This document shows, one piece after another, positions 48,149 to 56,795 of a stretch of 64,000 bases of DNA. The notes beneath the pieces were generated by a model. That model was not told the origin of the DNA, made no database searches, and saw only the letters and a list, made by a program, of their open reading frames with translations. Both the position numbers and the translations under genes were made by a program. Within the stretch, counting starts at the first letter, position 1. Each line of letters begins with the position of its first letter. This DNA comes from an uncultured Chitinophagales bacterium (lineage in GTDB: Bacteria; Bacteroidota; Bacteroidia; Chitinophagales; CAZNGA01), in the NCBI GenBank assembly GCA_964572485.1, contig CAZNGA010000001.1, forward strand, positions 30,565-94,564, in the 5' to 3' direction.

Positions 48149-49039
48149 ATGGAAACAACAGAACTATTTAAAAAAGTCAGAAAAATTGAGATAAAGACAC
48201 GAGGTATTTCTCAGCACATATTTTCGGGGGAGTATCACAGTGTTTTTAGGGGGAGAGGAATGTCTTTTAGTGAGGTCAGAGAGTACCAGTACGGAGATGA
48301 TATACGGGCCATCGATTGGAATGTAACTGCACGATTTAACCACCCATTTATCAAAATCTTTGAAGAGGAGCGAGAGTTAACTGTCATGTTGATGGTTGAT
48401 GTGAGCTCATCTTCCTTTTTTGGTACTGTTAATCAAACAAAAAATGATCTGATCACAGAGATCTGTGCTGTTTTAGCTTTTTCGGCCATCAATAATAATG
48501 ATAAGGTGGGCATCATTTTTTTCAGCGATGAAATTGAGAAGTTCATTCCACCGCAAAAGGGACGATCTCATATTTTAAGGATCATTAGGGAGTTACTGGA
48601 TATCAAACCCAGGTCCAACGGAACTGATATCGGACAAGCGCTCCGCTTCTTCAACAATGTAATGAAAAAGAGATGCATCGCTTTTTTACTTTCAGATTAT
48701 ATGGGAAAGGAGTATGAGAATGCACTGAGCATTGCCGGTAAAAAGCATGATATCATTGGCGTTAATATTCATGACCCAAGAGAGGAGGAATTGCCAAATA
48801 TCGGACTGGCCAGAGTATTCGATAGCGAGAGCAAGAGGGTGACCTGGATGGACACTGCACGAAATAAAACACGTAAAAATTACGCTGAGTTTTATGAAGA
48901 ACATAGGAATTATTTCCAAAGGTCATTCATGAAAAGTGGCTCAGATGTGATAAGTATTAACACTAGCGAATCCTATATTAATGTACTATTGAAATTCTTT
49001 AAGCGACGAGAAAGAAGACGCAGATCTATCAAGGAATAG
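48149..49039 (+). CDS. DUF58-family protein, MoxR partner with a degenerate VWA fold
   Basis: EVREYQYGDDIRAIDWNVTAR is the DUF58 signature, and the gene lies immediately after moxR. Confidence 0.85.
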   Translation: METTELFKKVRKIEIKTRGISQHIFSGEYHSVFRGRGMSFSEVREYQYGDDIRAIDWNVTARFNHPFIKIFEEERELTVMLMVDVSSSSFFGTVNQTKNDLITEICAVLAFSAINNNDKVGIIFFSDEIEKFIPPQKGRSHILRIIRELLDIKPRSNGTDIGQALRFFNNVMKKRCIAFLLSDYMGKEYENALSIAGKKHDIIGVNIHDPREEELPNIGLARVFDSESKRVTWMDTARNKTRKNYAEFYEEHRNYFQRSFMKSGSDVISINTSESYINVLLKFFKRRERRRRSIKE

Positions 49040-49041
49040 AA

Positions 49042-49992
49042 ATGAAAAACTATTTATTAATATGCATGCTTCTGATAAGTCTGGCCTTTGCCAACAAAGG
49101 GCACAGCCAGGTGGTCGTTAGTGCCAAATTGTCGGCAACTGAATATGAGATCGGAGAAAATATTACCCTCATTCTTGAGGCGAAGCGCGACCTCCACTAT
49201 TTGGTTTTTTTTCCGGATCTGGTGGACTCGATAAACAACATGGAGATCCTATCATTTAATGATATTAAAGAGCAGGTCAATGAGGATCATGTTATTTTAA
49301 CCGGAACGGTCAATTTGATCGCCTTTGATTCAGGGTATTTTACCATTCCGCCTATTTGCTTCAAATATAGAAAGGAAGAAACATCAAAAATGGATTCTGT
49401 TTTTACAAAACCATTGTCCTTTAATGTGAGTAAAGTGAAGGTGGATGTTGAGGAGCAAATAAAGGCAATTAAAGATCCCCTCGATATCCCTTTTTCGATC
49501 AAAGATATCTGGCAGTACCTTTTGATCGGCTATTTTCTGCTATTGCTGATATCCCTTTATGTCTATTGGAGAGAGAAAGTGAAAAATGCTAAAAAGGGGA
49601 TCGTTAAACCTGTAATGACTAAAGTGGCACACGAGATCGCATTGGCCAGATTGAGGGATCTTGAAGAGGAGAAATATTGGCAGAAAGGGGAAGTCAAGCG
49701 ATATTATACTGGAATTTCTGAAATAGTCAGGGAGTACATTGAAAACCGCTTTACCATATTGGCTCTCGAATCAACTTCAGGGGAGATCATAGATGACTTT
49801 AAGAGCATAGTGATCGCCGATGATATCAAGGAAGATCTTAAGGAACTTTTGCTTTTAAGTGACCTTGTGAAATTTGCAAAGTTGACACCTTTACCGGAAG
49901 ATCATGAGCGATGTTTGGCAATAAGCTATTCTTTTATCAGAGATACAAAACCATCAATTAGTAAAGAAAAGGAATCTGCAGATGTGGCATGA
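49042..49992 (+). CDS. Bat-operon membrane protein of unknown function (BatD-like N-terminal part, single mid-protein TM)
   Basis: Signal peptide, beta-rich ectodomain, TM helix YLLIGYFLLLLISLYVYW, then a cytoplasmic helical tail. It occupies the third slot of the operon, and its end overlaps batA by 11 nt. Confidence 0.6.
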   Translation: MKNYLLICMLLISLAFANKGHSQVVVSAKLSATEYEIGENITLILEAKRDLHYLVFFPDLVDSINNMEILSFNDIKEQVNEDHVILTGTVNLIAFDSGYFTIPPICFKYRKEETSKMDSVFTKPLSFNVSKVKVDVEEQIKAIKDPLDIPFSIKDIWQYLLIGYFLLLLISLYVYWREKVKNAKKGIVKPVMTKVAHEIALARLRDLEEEKYWQKGEVKRYYTGISEIVREYIENRFTILALESTSGEIIDDFKSIVIADDIKEDLKELLLLSDLVKFAKLTPLPEDHERCLAISYSFIRDTKPSISKEKESADVA

Positions 49993-50977
49993 AGGAGAAT
50001 ATTTGAATAAGGAACTTTTTTGGTTGCTGTTATTGATTCCAGTGCTCATACTGTGGTATTGGAGAAGATATCGACATCAATATGGGGAACTTAAATTGTC
50101 TTTCATTCCGGTGGCCAAGAGATCTTCATCCTCATTTAGAGGAAATTTTATCCATGTTCTTTTTTTTATAAGATTATTGGTATTGGGTTTGTTGATCACA
50201 GCTTTAGCAAGGCCGAGGTCATCACTAAATGAGCAAGAGATCACCTCCGAAGGAATTGATATCGTATTGGTAATGGATGTTTCGGGGAGTATGTTGGCAG
50301 AAGATTTTCGCCCAAATCGTATTGAAGCGGCTAAAAAGGTGGCCTCAAATTTTATCTCTGGCCGTCCGGATGACAGGATCGGAGTGGTCGTATTTGCTGG
50401 TGAAAGCTTTACACAATGTCCGATCACAACCGACCATGTGGTCCTTAAGAACCTAATGAACGATATAAAGAGTGGATTGATCGAAGATGGTACTGCTATT
50501 GGTATGGGGCTTGCTACTGCTGTAAACAGACTAAAGGAAAGTAAGGTAAAGAGTAAGGTGGTCGTGCTATTGACCGATGGCGTTAATAATAGTGGATTCA
50601 TTTCTCCAATAACAGCAACTGAGATTGCCAAGAAGTTTAACATTCGTGTATACACAATAGGCGTCGGAACCATAGGATTTGCTCCTTATCCGGTTAAAAC
50701 CCCTTTTGGTGTCAGGCATCAACAAATGGAAGTGAAGATAGATGAAGAACTCTTGACAGAGATCGCGCAATTGACAGATGGGAAATATTACAGGGCAACA
50801 TCCAATAGTAAGCTGGAGAAAATATACCAGGAGATTGACCAACTTGAGAAGACGAAAATAGAGATATCAACAATAGAAAGATATAAGGATGAGTATTTGA
50901 AATATGCGATCTGGGCAGTAATATTATTGATGGGAGAGCTATTTTTTAGATATACAATTTTTAGGCGTGTTACGTGA
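49982..50977 (+). CDS. batA: VWA-domain membrane protein BatA
   Basis: Two N-terminal TM helices, MIDAS motif VMDVSGSM, and a C-terminal TM helix. Confidence 0.85.
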   Translation: MWHEGEYLNKELFWLLLLIPVLILWYWRRYRHQYGELKLSFIPVAKRSSSSFRGNFIHVLFFIRLLVLGLLITALARPRSSLNEQEITSEGIDIVLVMDVSGSMLAEDFRPNRIEAAKKVASNFISGRPDDRIGVVVFAGESFTQCPITTDHVVLKNLMNDIKSGLIEDGTAIGMGLATAVNRLKESKVKSKVVVLLTDGVNNSGFISPITATEIAKKFNIRVYTIGVGTIGFAPYPVKTPFGVRHQQMEVKIDEELLTEIAQLTDGKYYRATSNSKLEKIYQEIDQLEKTKIEISTIERYKDEYLKYAIWAVILLMGELFFRYTIFRRVT

Positions 50978-51004
50978 AAAACAATCACTTTTGATAAAAA
51001 GGAA

Positions 51005-52039
51005 ATGATCGAACTCCAAAATAAGGATTATCTCTTGGCCCTGGGCGCAATCCCAGTGTTCATTGTACTTTTTTGGGTGATGATGGCATGGCGCAAGAGG
51101 GCAATAAAAAGATTCGGCAATAAGAGTTTGGTCTTACAATTGATCCCCCATTATCCAAGGTACAAGCACCAGGCAAAATTCATTTTCCTGATATTGGCTT
51201 TAGGATTGTTGATCGTTGGGATCGCAAATCCTCAAATTGGAACCAAGCTTGAGAAAGTGAAGAGGAAAGGGGTTGATGTAGTTATAGCCATAGATGTTTC
51301 AAAGAGCATGCTGGCAGAAGATCTAAAGCCAAGCAGACTTGTAAGGGCCAAGCGTTTTGTATCGAAATTGGTGGATGAATTCCAAAATGATAGAGTGGCC
51401 ATTGTTGTATTTGCCGGAAATGCCTATTTACAAATGCCTTTGACCATTGATTACGCAGCAGCGAAAATGTACCTCAATAATATTCGGACAGAGATGGTGC
51501 CTACACAAGGAACAGCTATCGGCGAAGCAATTCGTATGGCCAACAGATCCTTTGAAATGGGGGAGAAAAAATACAAAATGCTGATCATAATCACGGATGG
51601 TGAGAACCATGATGAAGATGCAATAACTATGGCAAAAGAGGTTTCGGAAGAGGGGGGTGTGATTCATACGATCGGTGTTGGAACCACCAAAGGGGCTCCC
51701 ATACCTGTGTATAGTAATAATATTCAGGTAGATTATAAGAAGGATAAGCAGGGAAGTATAGTATTAAGCAAGTTGAATGATAATATTTTGAAACAGATCG
51801 CGGATGCTTGCAATGGGAATTATTTTCCTTTATCAGGAGGGCAGGATGAAATTGAAGCGATCATGAATAAGATCAAATCTATGGAGAAGAAGGAATTCGA
51901 GGAGAGGGTATTTACAGAGTACGAAAGTAAGTTCCAATATTTTCTCGCTGGGGCACTACTGTTCCTACTATTAGAATTCTTTATTTCAGAAAGAAAGAGG
52001 ACCTGGTTGTCAGATTGGCTGGCTCCCGGGAATAAATAA
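51005..52039 (+). CDS. batB: VWA-domain membrane protein BatB
   Basis: Same architecture as BatA, with MIDAS motif AIDVSKSM. Confidence 0.85.
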   Translation: MIELQNKDYLLALGAIPVFIVLFWVMMAWRKRAIKRFGNKSLVLQLIPHYPRYKHQAKFIFLILALGLLIVGIANPQIGTKLEKVKRKGVDVVIAIDVSKSMLAEDLKPSRLVRAKRFVSKLVDEFQNDRVAIVVFAGNAYLQMPLTIDYAAAKMYLNNIRTEMVPTQGTAIGEAIRMANRSFEMGEKKYKMLIIITDGENHDEDAITMAKEVSEEGGVIHTIGVGTTKGAPIPVYSNNIQVDYKKDKQGSIVLSKLNDNILKQIADACNGNYFPLSGGQDEIEAIMNKIKSMEKKEFEERVFTEYESKFQYFLAGALLFLLLEFFISERKRTWLSDWLAPGNK

Positions 52040-52046
52040 ATTAGAG

Positions 52047-52793
52047 ATGATGAGACTACCTATAATGTTGTTCCTATTATTTGCCTGCTATTCTGCTTTT
52101 GCACAAAATGAGCGGAAATTGATACGTCAGGGAAATGTACTTTATGAGGAAGAAAAATATCCGGATGCTGAAGCGAACTACAAAAAGGCATTAGAAAAGA
52201 AAAAGGAAAGCAACGAAGGGATGTTCAATTTAGGGGATGCCTTATACCAACAGGGCCGATATGAGGATGCAGCAAAATACTTCAAAAGATCAGCCGAAAC
52301 AGCTAAGGACAAAGATCAAAAAGCCATGGCCTACCACAACTATGGCAATTCATTATTAATGGGGAAGAAGTATAAAGAGGCAATTGAAGCCTATAAGAAT
52401 GGTTTGAGGAATAATCCTAATGATGAGGATACTAGGTATAATCTCTCTTATGCACAGTCAATGCTTCAGCAGCAGGAGCAGAACAAGGATCAACAAGAAG
52501 AGAAAAATGAGAATCAAAACGATGAGGGAGAAGAAGAGAAGAAGAAGCAAGAGCAGGAAGGAGAGGAGGAAAATAAAGAGCAGGAGCAGAAAGAACAAGA
52601 GTCTACCCAGCAAGATGATGAGAATGCAAAACAGGGAGAAGAGAGCAAAGAACAATCAGAAGGACAGGAGATGACCAAAGAAGAAGCGGAACGATTACTT
52701 AATGCACTAATTAATGAGGAGATGCGTGTTCAGGAGAAACTTGATCGTAAAAAAGGCCGTAAGGTCAATAGAAAAATAGAAAAAGATTGGTAG
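52047..52793 (+). CDS. batC: TPR protein BatC with an acidic E/Q/K low-complexity tail
   Basis: Signal peptide, TPR repeats (AEANYKKALE, AAKYFKRS, AIEAYKNGL), then about 70 aa of QEEKNENQNDEGEEEKKKQEQEGEEE-type sequence. Confidence 0.75.
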   Translation: MMRLPIMLFLLFACYSAFAQNERKLIRQGNVLYEEEKYPDAEANYKKALEKKKESNEGMFNLGDALYQQGRYEDAAKYFKRSAETAKDKDQKAMAYHNYGNSLLMGKKYKEAIEAYKNGLRNNPNDEDTRYNLSYAQSMLQQQEQNKDQQEEKNENQNDEGEEEKKKQEQEGEEENKEQEQKEQESTQQDDENAKQGEESKEQSEGQEMTKEEAERLLNALINEEMRVQEKLDRKKGRKVNRKIEKDW

Positions 52794-52809
52794 GAGCTGC
52801 AGGCTGCTT

Positions 52810-54630
52810 ATGATAAACAAAGAACTATATCGATCATTTCAGAGAATTGCAGGAAAGGCATATGTGCTATTCATATGCTGTTTCATCCTCTTTTCCTATC
52901 ATGGATTAAGTCAGAACGTGGTATTCACTGCTTCCTTGAATAAAAATCAAGTTGCATTCAATGACAAGTTCAAATTGACCTTTACCATACAAAATGGCAA
53001 CCCTAAAAACTTCCAGCCCCCCCACTTTAAGTACTTTCATGTGCTTAGTGGGCCCAATGCAGTACAAGAAGATCTGAACATAAATGGTCATCGCACAAAG
53101 TACAAATCATTCACTTATTACTTGCAACCAAAAGCAGTTGGGAAATTTTCAATTGATGGGGCCAGGGTAACAATTAATGGGCAAGTAATTGTATCAAATA
53201 AGGTTTCAATTCATGTGGTTCCTGCAACAAAGAAGACCAAGGAGACGAGCAACATTGATAAGAATGTCTTTTTAAGAGCAGTTGTAGATAAGAAAAGTGT
53301 TTATCAAGGGGAGCAGATCATCGTTACCTATAAAATATATACCCGCCTGAACATTTCAAATTATCAGGTCAATAAGATGCCCACTAATTCTGGATTTTGG
53401 TCTCATAATATTAAGGAGTTCAATCAATTACACCAACAAAGTGAAGTTATAGATGGAGTAGAATACAGGGTAGGAATTCTTAAAAAGGAGGCTCTGTTTC
53501 CTCAAAAGAGCGGCACTTTGTATATAGAACCTATCGAGATGTCGGTAACCATCACTGTACAAGATAAATCGAGAAGTAGGAATATCTTTGACAACTTTTC
53601 CATTTTTGGCGGCTACAGAAATATAAACCGTGTGCTCACCAGTAAAAAGGTAAAGATCAATGTCAAGGAGTTACCCGAGGCTAATAAGCCTGCTAATTAT
53701 AATGGAGCAGTTGGTAGTTTCAGTTTTGATGTGACCCTTGATAAGGAGCAAACAAAAGCCAATGATCCCATAACTGTGAAGACAACGATCTCCGGAAAGG
53801 GAAACATAAAATTGATCTCAAAGCCGGAGGTGGAGTTTCCCCCAAATTTTGAAGTGTATGATCCTAAAATAGCAGAGAAGATATCCTCCAAGGGCAGTGA
53901 GATCAAAGGATCTAAAACCTTTGAATATCTTGCTATACCTCGTTTACCGGGAGAGTATAAATTGCCGGGGATCTCATTCTCTTATTTTGATATTGATAAG
54001 AAGAAATACATCACCCTCACCTCACCGGATTACTTTATAGAAGTAAGCAAAGGTGATGGAATTACAAATGCACCAGCTTCAAGTGGCATCACTAAGGAGG
54101 AAATTGCTCTGTTGGGTGAAGACATTAGGTTCATTAAAATTGGTGATGTACAATTGATGAAGAAGGAAAAAGCATTTTATGGCTCTATGGTATTTTTTAT
54201 ACTCCTGGGAATGCCTTTCATATTGTTCATTTTTCTGATCACCTATTTGAAGAGATATAAAAAGCTACAAAGTAATGTGGCCTTATTGAAAACAAGAAGA
54301 GCCAATAAAATTGCCAGGAAGAGAATGGTCGTTGCAAAGAAGCTATTAAAGCAAAATAATTACAAAGAATTTTATGATGAGATCGCCAAAGCCATCTGGG
54401 GATATCTGGGTGATAAGTTAAATATTCAAGCAGCTGAGTTAAGCAAAGATAAAGCAGAAGAAGTATTTAAGACCAGGAATATTGATGGGGAACTGGTAAA
54501 ACAAGTTCTTGAAACACTGGATACTTGTGAGATGGCCTTATTTTCACCATCCGCCAGAGAAGGAGGGATGGATAAGACCTATCATGATGCAATACGTTTA
54601 ATCGCTAATTTAGAAAATACGATCAGGTGA
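52810..54630 (+). CDS. batD: BatD (oxygen-tolerance family) membrane protein
   Basis: 606 aa with repeated beta-rich ectodomains, a TM helix near residue 480 (MVFFILLGMPFILFIFLI), and a cytoplasmic helical tail. Its position in the operon fits BatD. Confidence 0.78.
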   Translation: MINKELYRSFQRIAGKAYVLFICCFILFSYHGLSQNVVFTASLNKNQVAFNDKFKLTFTIQNGNPKNFQPPHFKYFHVLSGPNAVQEDLNINGHRTKYKSFTYYLQPKAVGKFSIDGARVTINGQVIVSNKVSIHVVPATKKTKETSNIDKNVFLRAVVDKKSVYQGEQIIVTYKIYTRLNISNYQVNKMPTNSGFWSHNIKEFNQLHQQSEVIDGVEYRVGILKKEALFPQKSGTLYIEPIEMSVTITVQDKSRSRNIFDNFSIFGGYRNINRVLTSKKVKINVKELPEANKPANYNGAVGSFSFDVTLDKEQTKANDPITVKTTISGKGNIKLISKPEVEFPPNFEVYDPKIAEKISSKGSEIKGSKTFEYLAIPRLPGEYKLPGISFSYFDIDKKKYITLTSPDYFIEVSKGDGITNAPASSGITKEEIALLGEDIRFIKIGDVQLMKKEKAFYGSMVFFILLGMPFILFIFLITYLKRYKKLQSNVALLKTRRANKIARKRMVVAKKLLKQNNYKEFYDEIAKAIWGYLGDKLNIQAAELSKDKAEEVFKTRNIDGELVKQVLETLDTCEMALFSPSAREGGMDKTYHDAIRLIANLENTIR

Positions 54631-55385
54631 ATATAAGAATGACCATAGGGGTAGTTTGTTGGCTTTTGACATTGAATGTCAGTGGCATGGAGGGCAATTC
54701 TATGTTTGATCGGGCAAATGAACTATACGTTAAAGGACGTTATGATTCGGCCATCACTATTTATAAAGACATATTATCTGAGGGGCATGAATCCGGGGCG
54801 ATCTACTATAATCTTGGGAATGCATATTATCACAAGAGAGATATTGCCAATGCGATCTTATTCTATGAAAAGGCAGTGAAGCTGGCTCCAAATGATGAGG
54901 ACATCATTTTTAATCTAAAGTTGGCCAACCTTAAGATCTCTGATAAAATTGAACCCCTTCCCCAAATGTATGTGGTAAGAAAGTGGAAGTCCCTGATACA
55001 GATGAGTAATTCATATGGATGGTCAGTAGTTTTCCTGATCGCAGTGTGGACAGCTTTCCTTGCAGGAGTAAGTGTATTGTTGTCTCCAAACATTCGTGTG
55101 AAGAGAGCTTCCTTTTTTCTTGGGGTGTTCCTATTGTTGATCTGTTGTTGTACGCTTATCTTTTCAAATAGCAGATACAAGATCGAAGAGGATGATCGGT
55201 ATGCGATACTATTTTCTCCAAGTGCCTATGTGAAAAGCGCTCCTGATGAGTCGAGCAAGGATCTATTTATTATTCATGAAGGGATAAAGATAAAGATCGT
55301 TTATGAGGTTGGAGAATGGAATAAGATAAGACTTGCTGATGGAAAGCAAGGATGGCTGGAGAAGAAGGACCTTGAAAGGATATAG
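54627..55385 (+). CDS. batE: BatE (TPR + TM + C-terminal SH3-like domain)
   Basis: TPR (AITIYKDILSEG, AILFYEKAVKLAPND), two TM helices, and an SH3b-like end (EWNKIRLADGKQGWLEKKDL). GTGA overlap with batD; an alternative ATG lies at 54639. Confidence 0.75.
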   Translation: MNIRMTIGVVCWLLTLNVSGMEGNSMFDRANELYVKGRYDSAITIYKDILSEGHESGAIYYNLGNAYYHKRDIANAILFYEKAVKLAPNDEDIIFNLKLANLKISDKIEPLPQMYVVRKWKSLIQMSNSYGWSVVFLIAVWTAFLAGVSVLLSPNIRVKRASFFLGVFLLLICCCTLIFSNSRYKIEEDDRYAILFSPSAYVKSAPDESSKDLFIIHEGIKIKIVYEVGEWNKIRLADGKQGWLEKKDLERI

Positions 55386-55437
55386 TGATCCATACTGAAC
55401 ATGTATTCATTTTTCAGCTTTAGGATGCCATCCATAT

Positions 55438-56325
55438 TCACAATCCTCTTTGCCATTCCTGCCTCAAATTAGCCAACTCCGGATTATCTATGGCATGCTT
55501 CAGGCGTTCAAGAAAATCTTGCTTGTCTCTTGACAAGATCCCTGATAATACCAGATAATTTGAAGCATGATTACTGCGAAAGATCGTAGCATCAAGCTCG
55601 GTATGTTCAATGAAAATCTCCATTTCACGTAACAGATCCAGGATGGACATGGGAACATAATTGCCTGCAAAGCGCTCTTTATATCTGTCAATACCATAAG
55701 GGAAGCTGAGGACCAGCACAGAAGCATATTCGGGCTGTATCTCATTGAGCACCTTCGCAGAATTGATGGCATGTTGTTGACTGTATTCAAGCCCTCCTAC
55801 ACCATTCAATATGATGGCTGACACCTTTATCCCTGCTTCTTTTGCTTTCAGCAGCCCCTTCGCAGTAGTGTCAAAGGTCTCGTTCTTATTCATATGTTTA
55901 AGCACCTCATCATCACCTGATTCTATTCCCACATAGATCATTTTCAGGCCATTACTTCTTACCTCTTTTAGTTCTTCAGGAGATTTTGCCAGAAGGTCTC
56001 TGGGAAGAGAATAGGTGGAGATCCTGTTTATCTTCGGGAAGTTATCATTAAGAGCTTTGAGTATTGTAAGCAATCTTCTAGTTGAGAGTGCCATAGGGTT
56101 GCCATCTGCCAAAAAAACTTTCCTAACATCTTTAGTGAGAGCTCCAATGGTATTGATCTCCTTAAGAACCGCGTCTTCATTACGGGTTTTGAACTTTTTG
56201 TCATTGTACATCTCACAGAAGGCGCATTGATTCCATGTACAACCAAAGGTAACTTGAATGATCAATGAATTGGCTTCACTGGGAGGCCGGTATAATCGTT
56301 GAACGTATTCTAAGGGATAATGCAT
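55438..56325 (-). CDS. Minimal radical SAM enzyme, substrate unknown
   Basis: The only three Cys residues in the protein form FGCTWNQCAFCEMY (CX4CX2C). GGE-like FLADGNP, and VGIESGDDEVL typical of the radical SAM TIM barrel. There is no auxiliary-cluster cysteine. Confidence 0.82.
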   Translation of the reverse strand: MHYPLEYVQRLYRPPSEANSLIIQVTFGCTWNQCAFCEMYNDKKFKTRNEDAVLKEINTIGALTKDVRKVFLADGNPMALSTRRLLTILKALNDNFPKINRISTYSLPRDLLAKSPEELKEVRSNGLKMIYVGIESGDDEVLKHMNKNETFDTTAKGLLKAKEAGIKVSAIILNGVGGLEYSQQHAINSAKVLNEIQPEYASVLVLSFPYGIDRYKERFAGNYVPMSILDLLREMEIFIEHTELDATIFRSNHASNYLVLSGILSRDKQDFLERLKHAIDNPELANLRQEWQRGL

Positions 56326-56374
56326 GATACAATAAAGATAGCGGTTCTCTATTTTTCTTTAGTGCAAAAGAAGA

Positions 56375-56554
56375 TTATTTTTTCACATCGTAGTAACAAC
56401 GCTTTGGCGAATAGATTTTATCTTCCTTTTTTAGATTTGCGATAGCAATGACCACGTCTTTCTTGTCAAGGCCTGTTATCTTCACGAGGTCACCAGGGAG
56501 TAAAGGTTCTTCTGATTCAGATAATGTTGCTATTATGATCTTTGAATGTTCCAT
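56375..56554 (-). CDS. 59-aa winged-helix (DsrD/MarR-like) small protein
   Basis: Start chosen at MEHSKIIIATL. LLPGDLVKITGLDKKDVVIAIANLKKEDKIYSPKRCYYDV has the helix-turn-helix plus wing pattern. It lies 49 nt upstream of the radical SAM gene on the same strand. Confidence 0.5.
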   Translation of the reverse strand: MEHSKIIIATLSESEEPLLPGDLVKITGLDKKDVVIAIANLKKEDKIYSPKRCYYDVKK

Positions 56555-56586
56555 GGTAATGATCATTTTTTAGAAAACTATTAAGC

Positions 56587-56623
56587 ATATAAAAAAGTTT
56601 CGCCCGAGCGGTGAACCCGGGCG
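56587..56623 (-). terminator. GC-rich intrinsic terminator or attenuator hairpin
   Basis: On the minus strand: TTCGCCCG-ggttcaccgct-CGGGCGAA followed by acTTTTTTat. It lies ~170 nt after the M2 peptidase stop and ~30 nt before the small ORF start. Confidence 0.65.
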
Positions 56624-56734
56624 AAAACCCCCACAAAATTTGGGTGGCTAACTTCAGCTGCACCTTATCTTTGCAGCTTGATAATTATTGGATTATTGGT
56701 ATAACCCAATAATTAAAAACCATGAAAAAGTTAT

Positions 56735-56766
56735 AACAAATATACACTTTTGGTTTTTATATGTCA
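56735..56766 (-). promoter_or_regulatory. Candidate -33/-7 promoter reading toward the structured region and small ORF
   Basis: On the minus strand: cTTG (56763-56766), a 20-nt spacer, then TATATTTG (56735-56742), which matches TAnnTTTG. The -33 element is imperfect. Confidence 0.3.
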
Positions 56767-56795
56767 AGAAAAAAAGGGTTTTTTATAATATTTAA

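Noticed and set aside
56587-56770. Possibility that the structured intergenic region is SRP RNA, 6S RNA, tmRNA or RNase P RNA
   Set aside because: I could not find the conserved signatures: the SRP domain IV GGAA/AGCA loops, the tmRNA tRNA-like end, or the RNase P GGAAAGUCC-type motif. It is kept only as an unclassified candidate.
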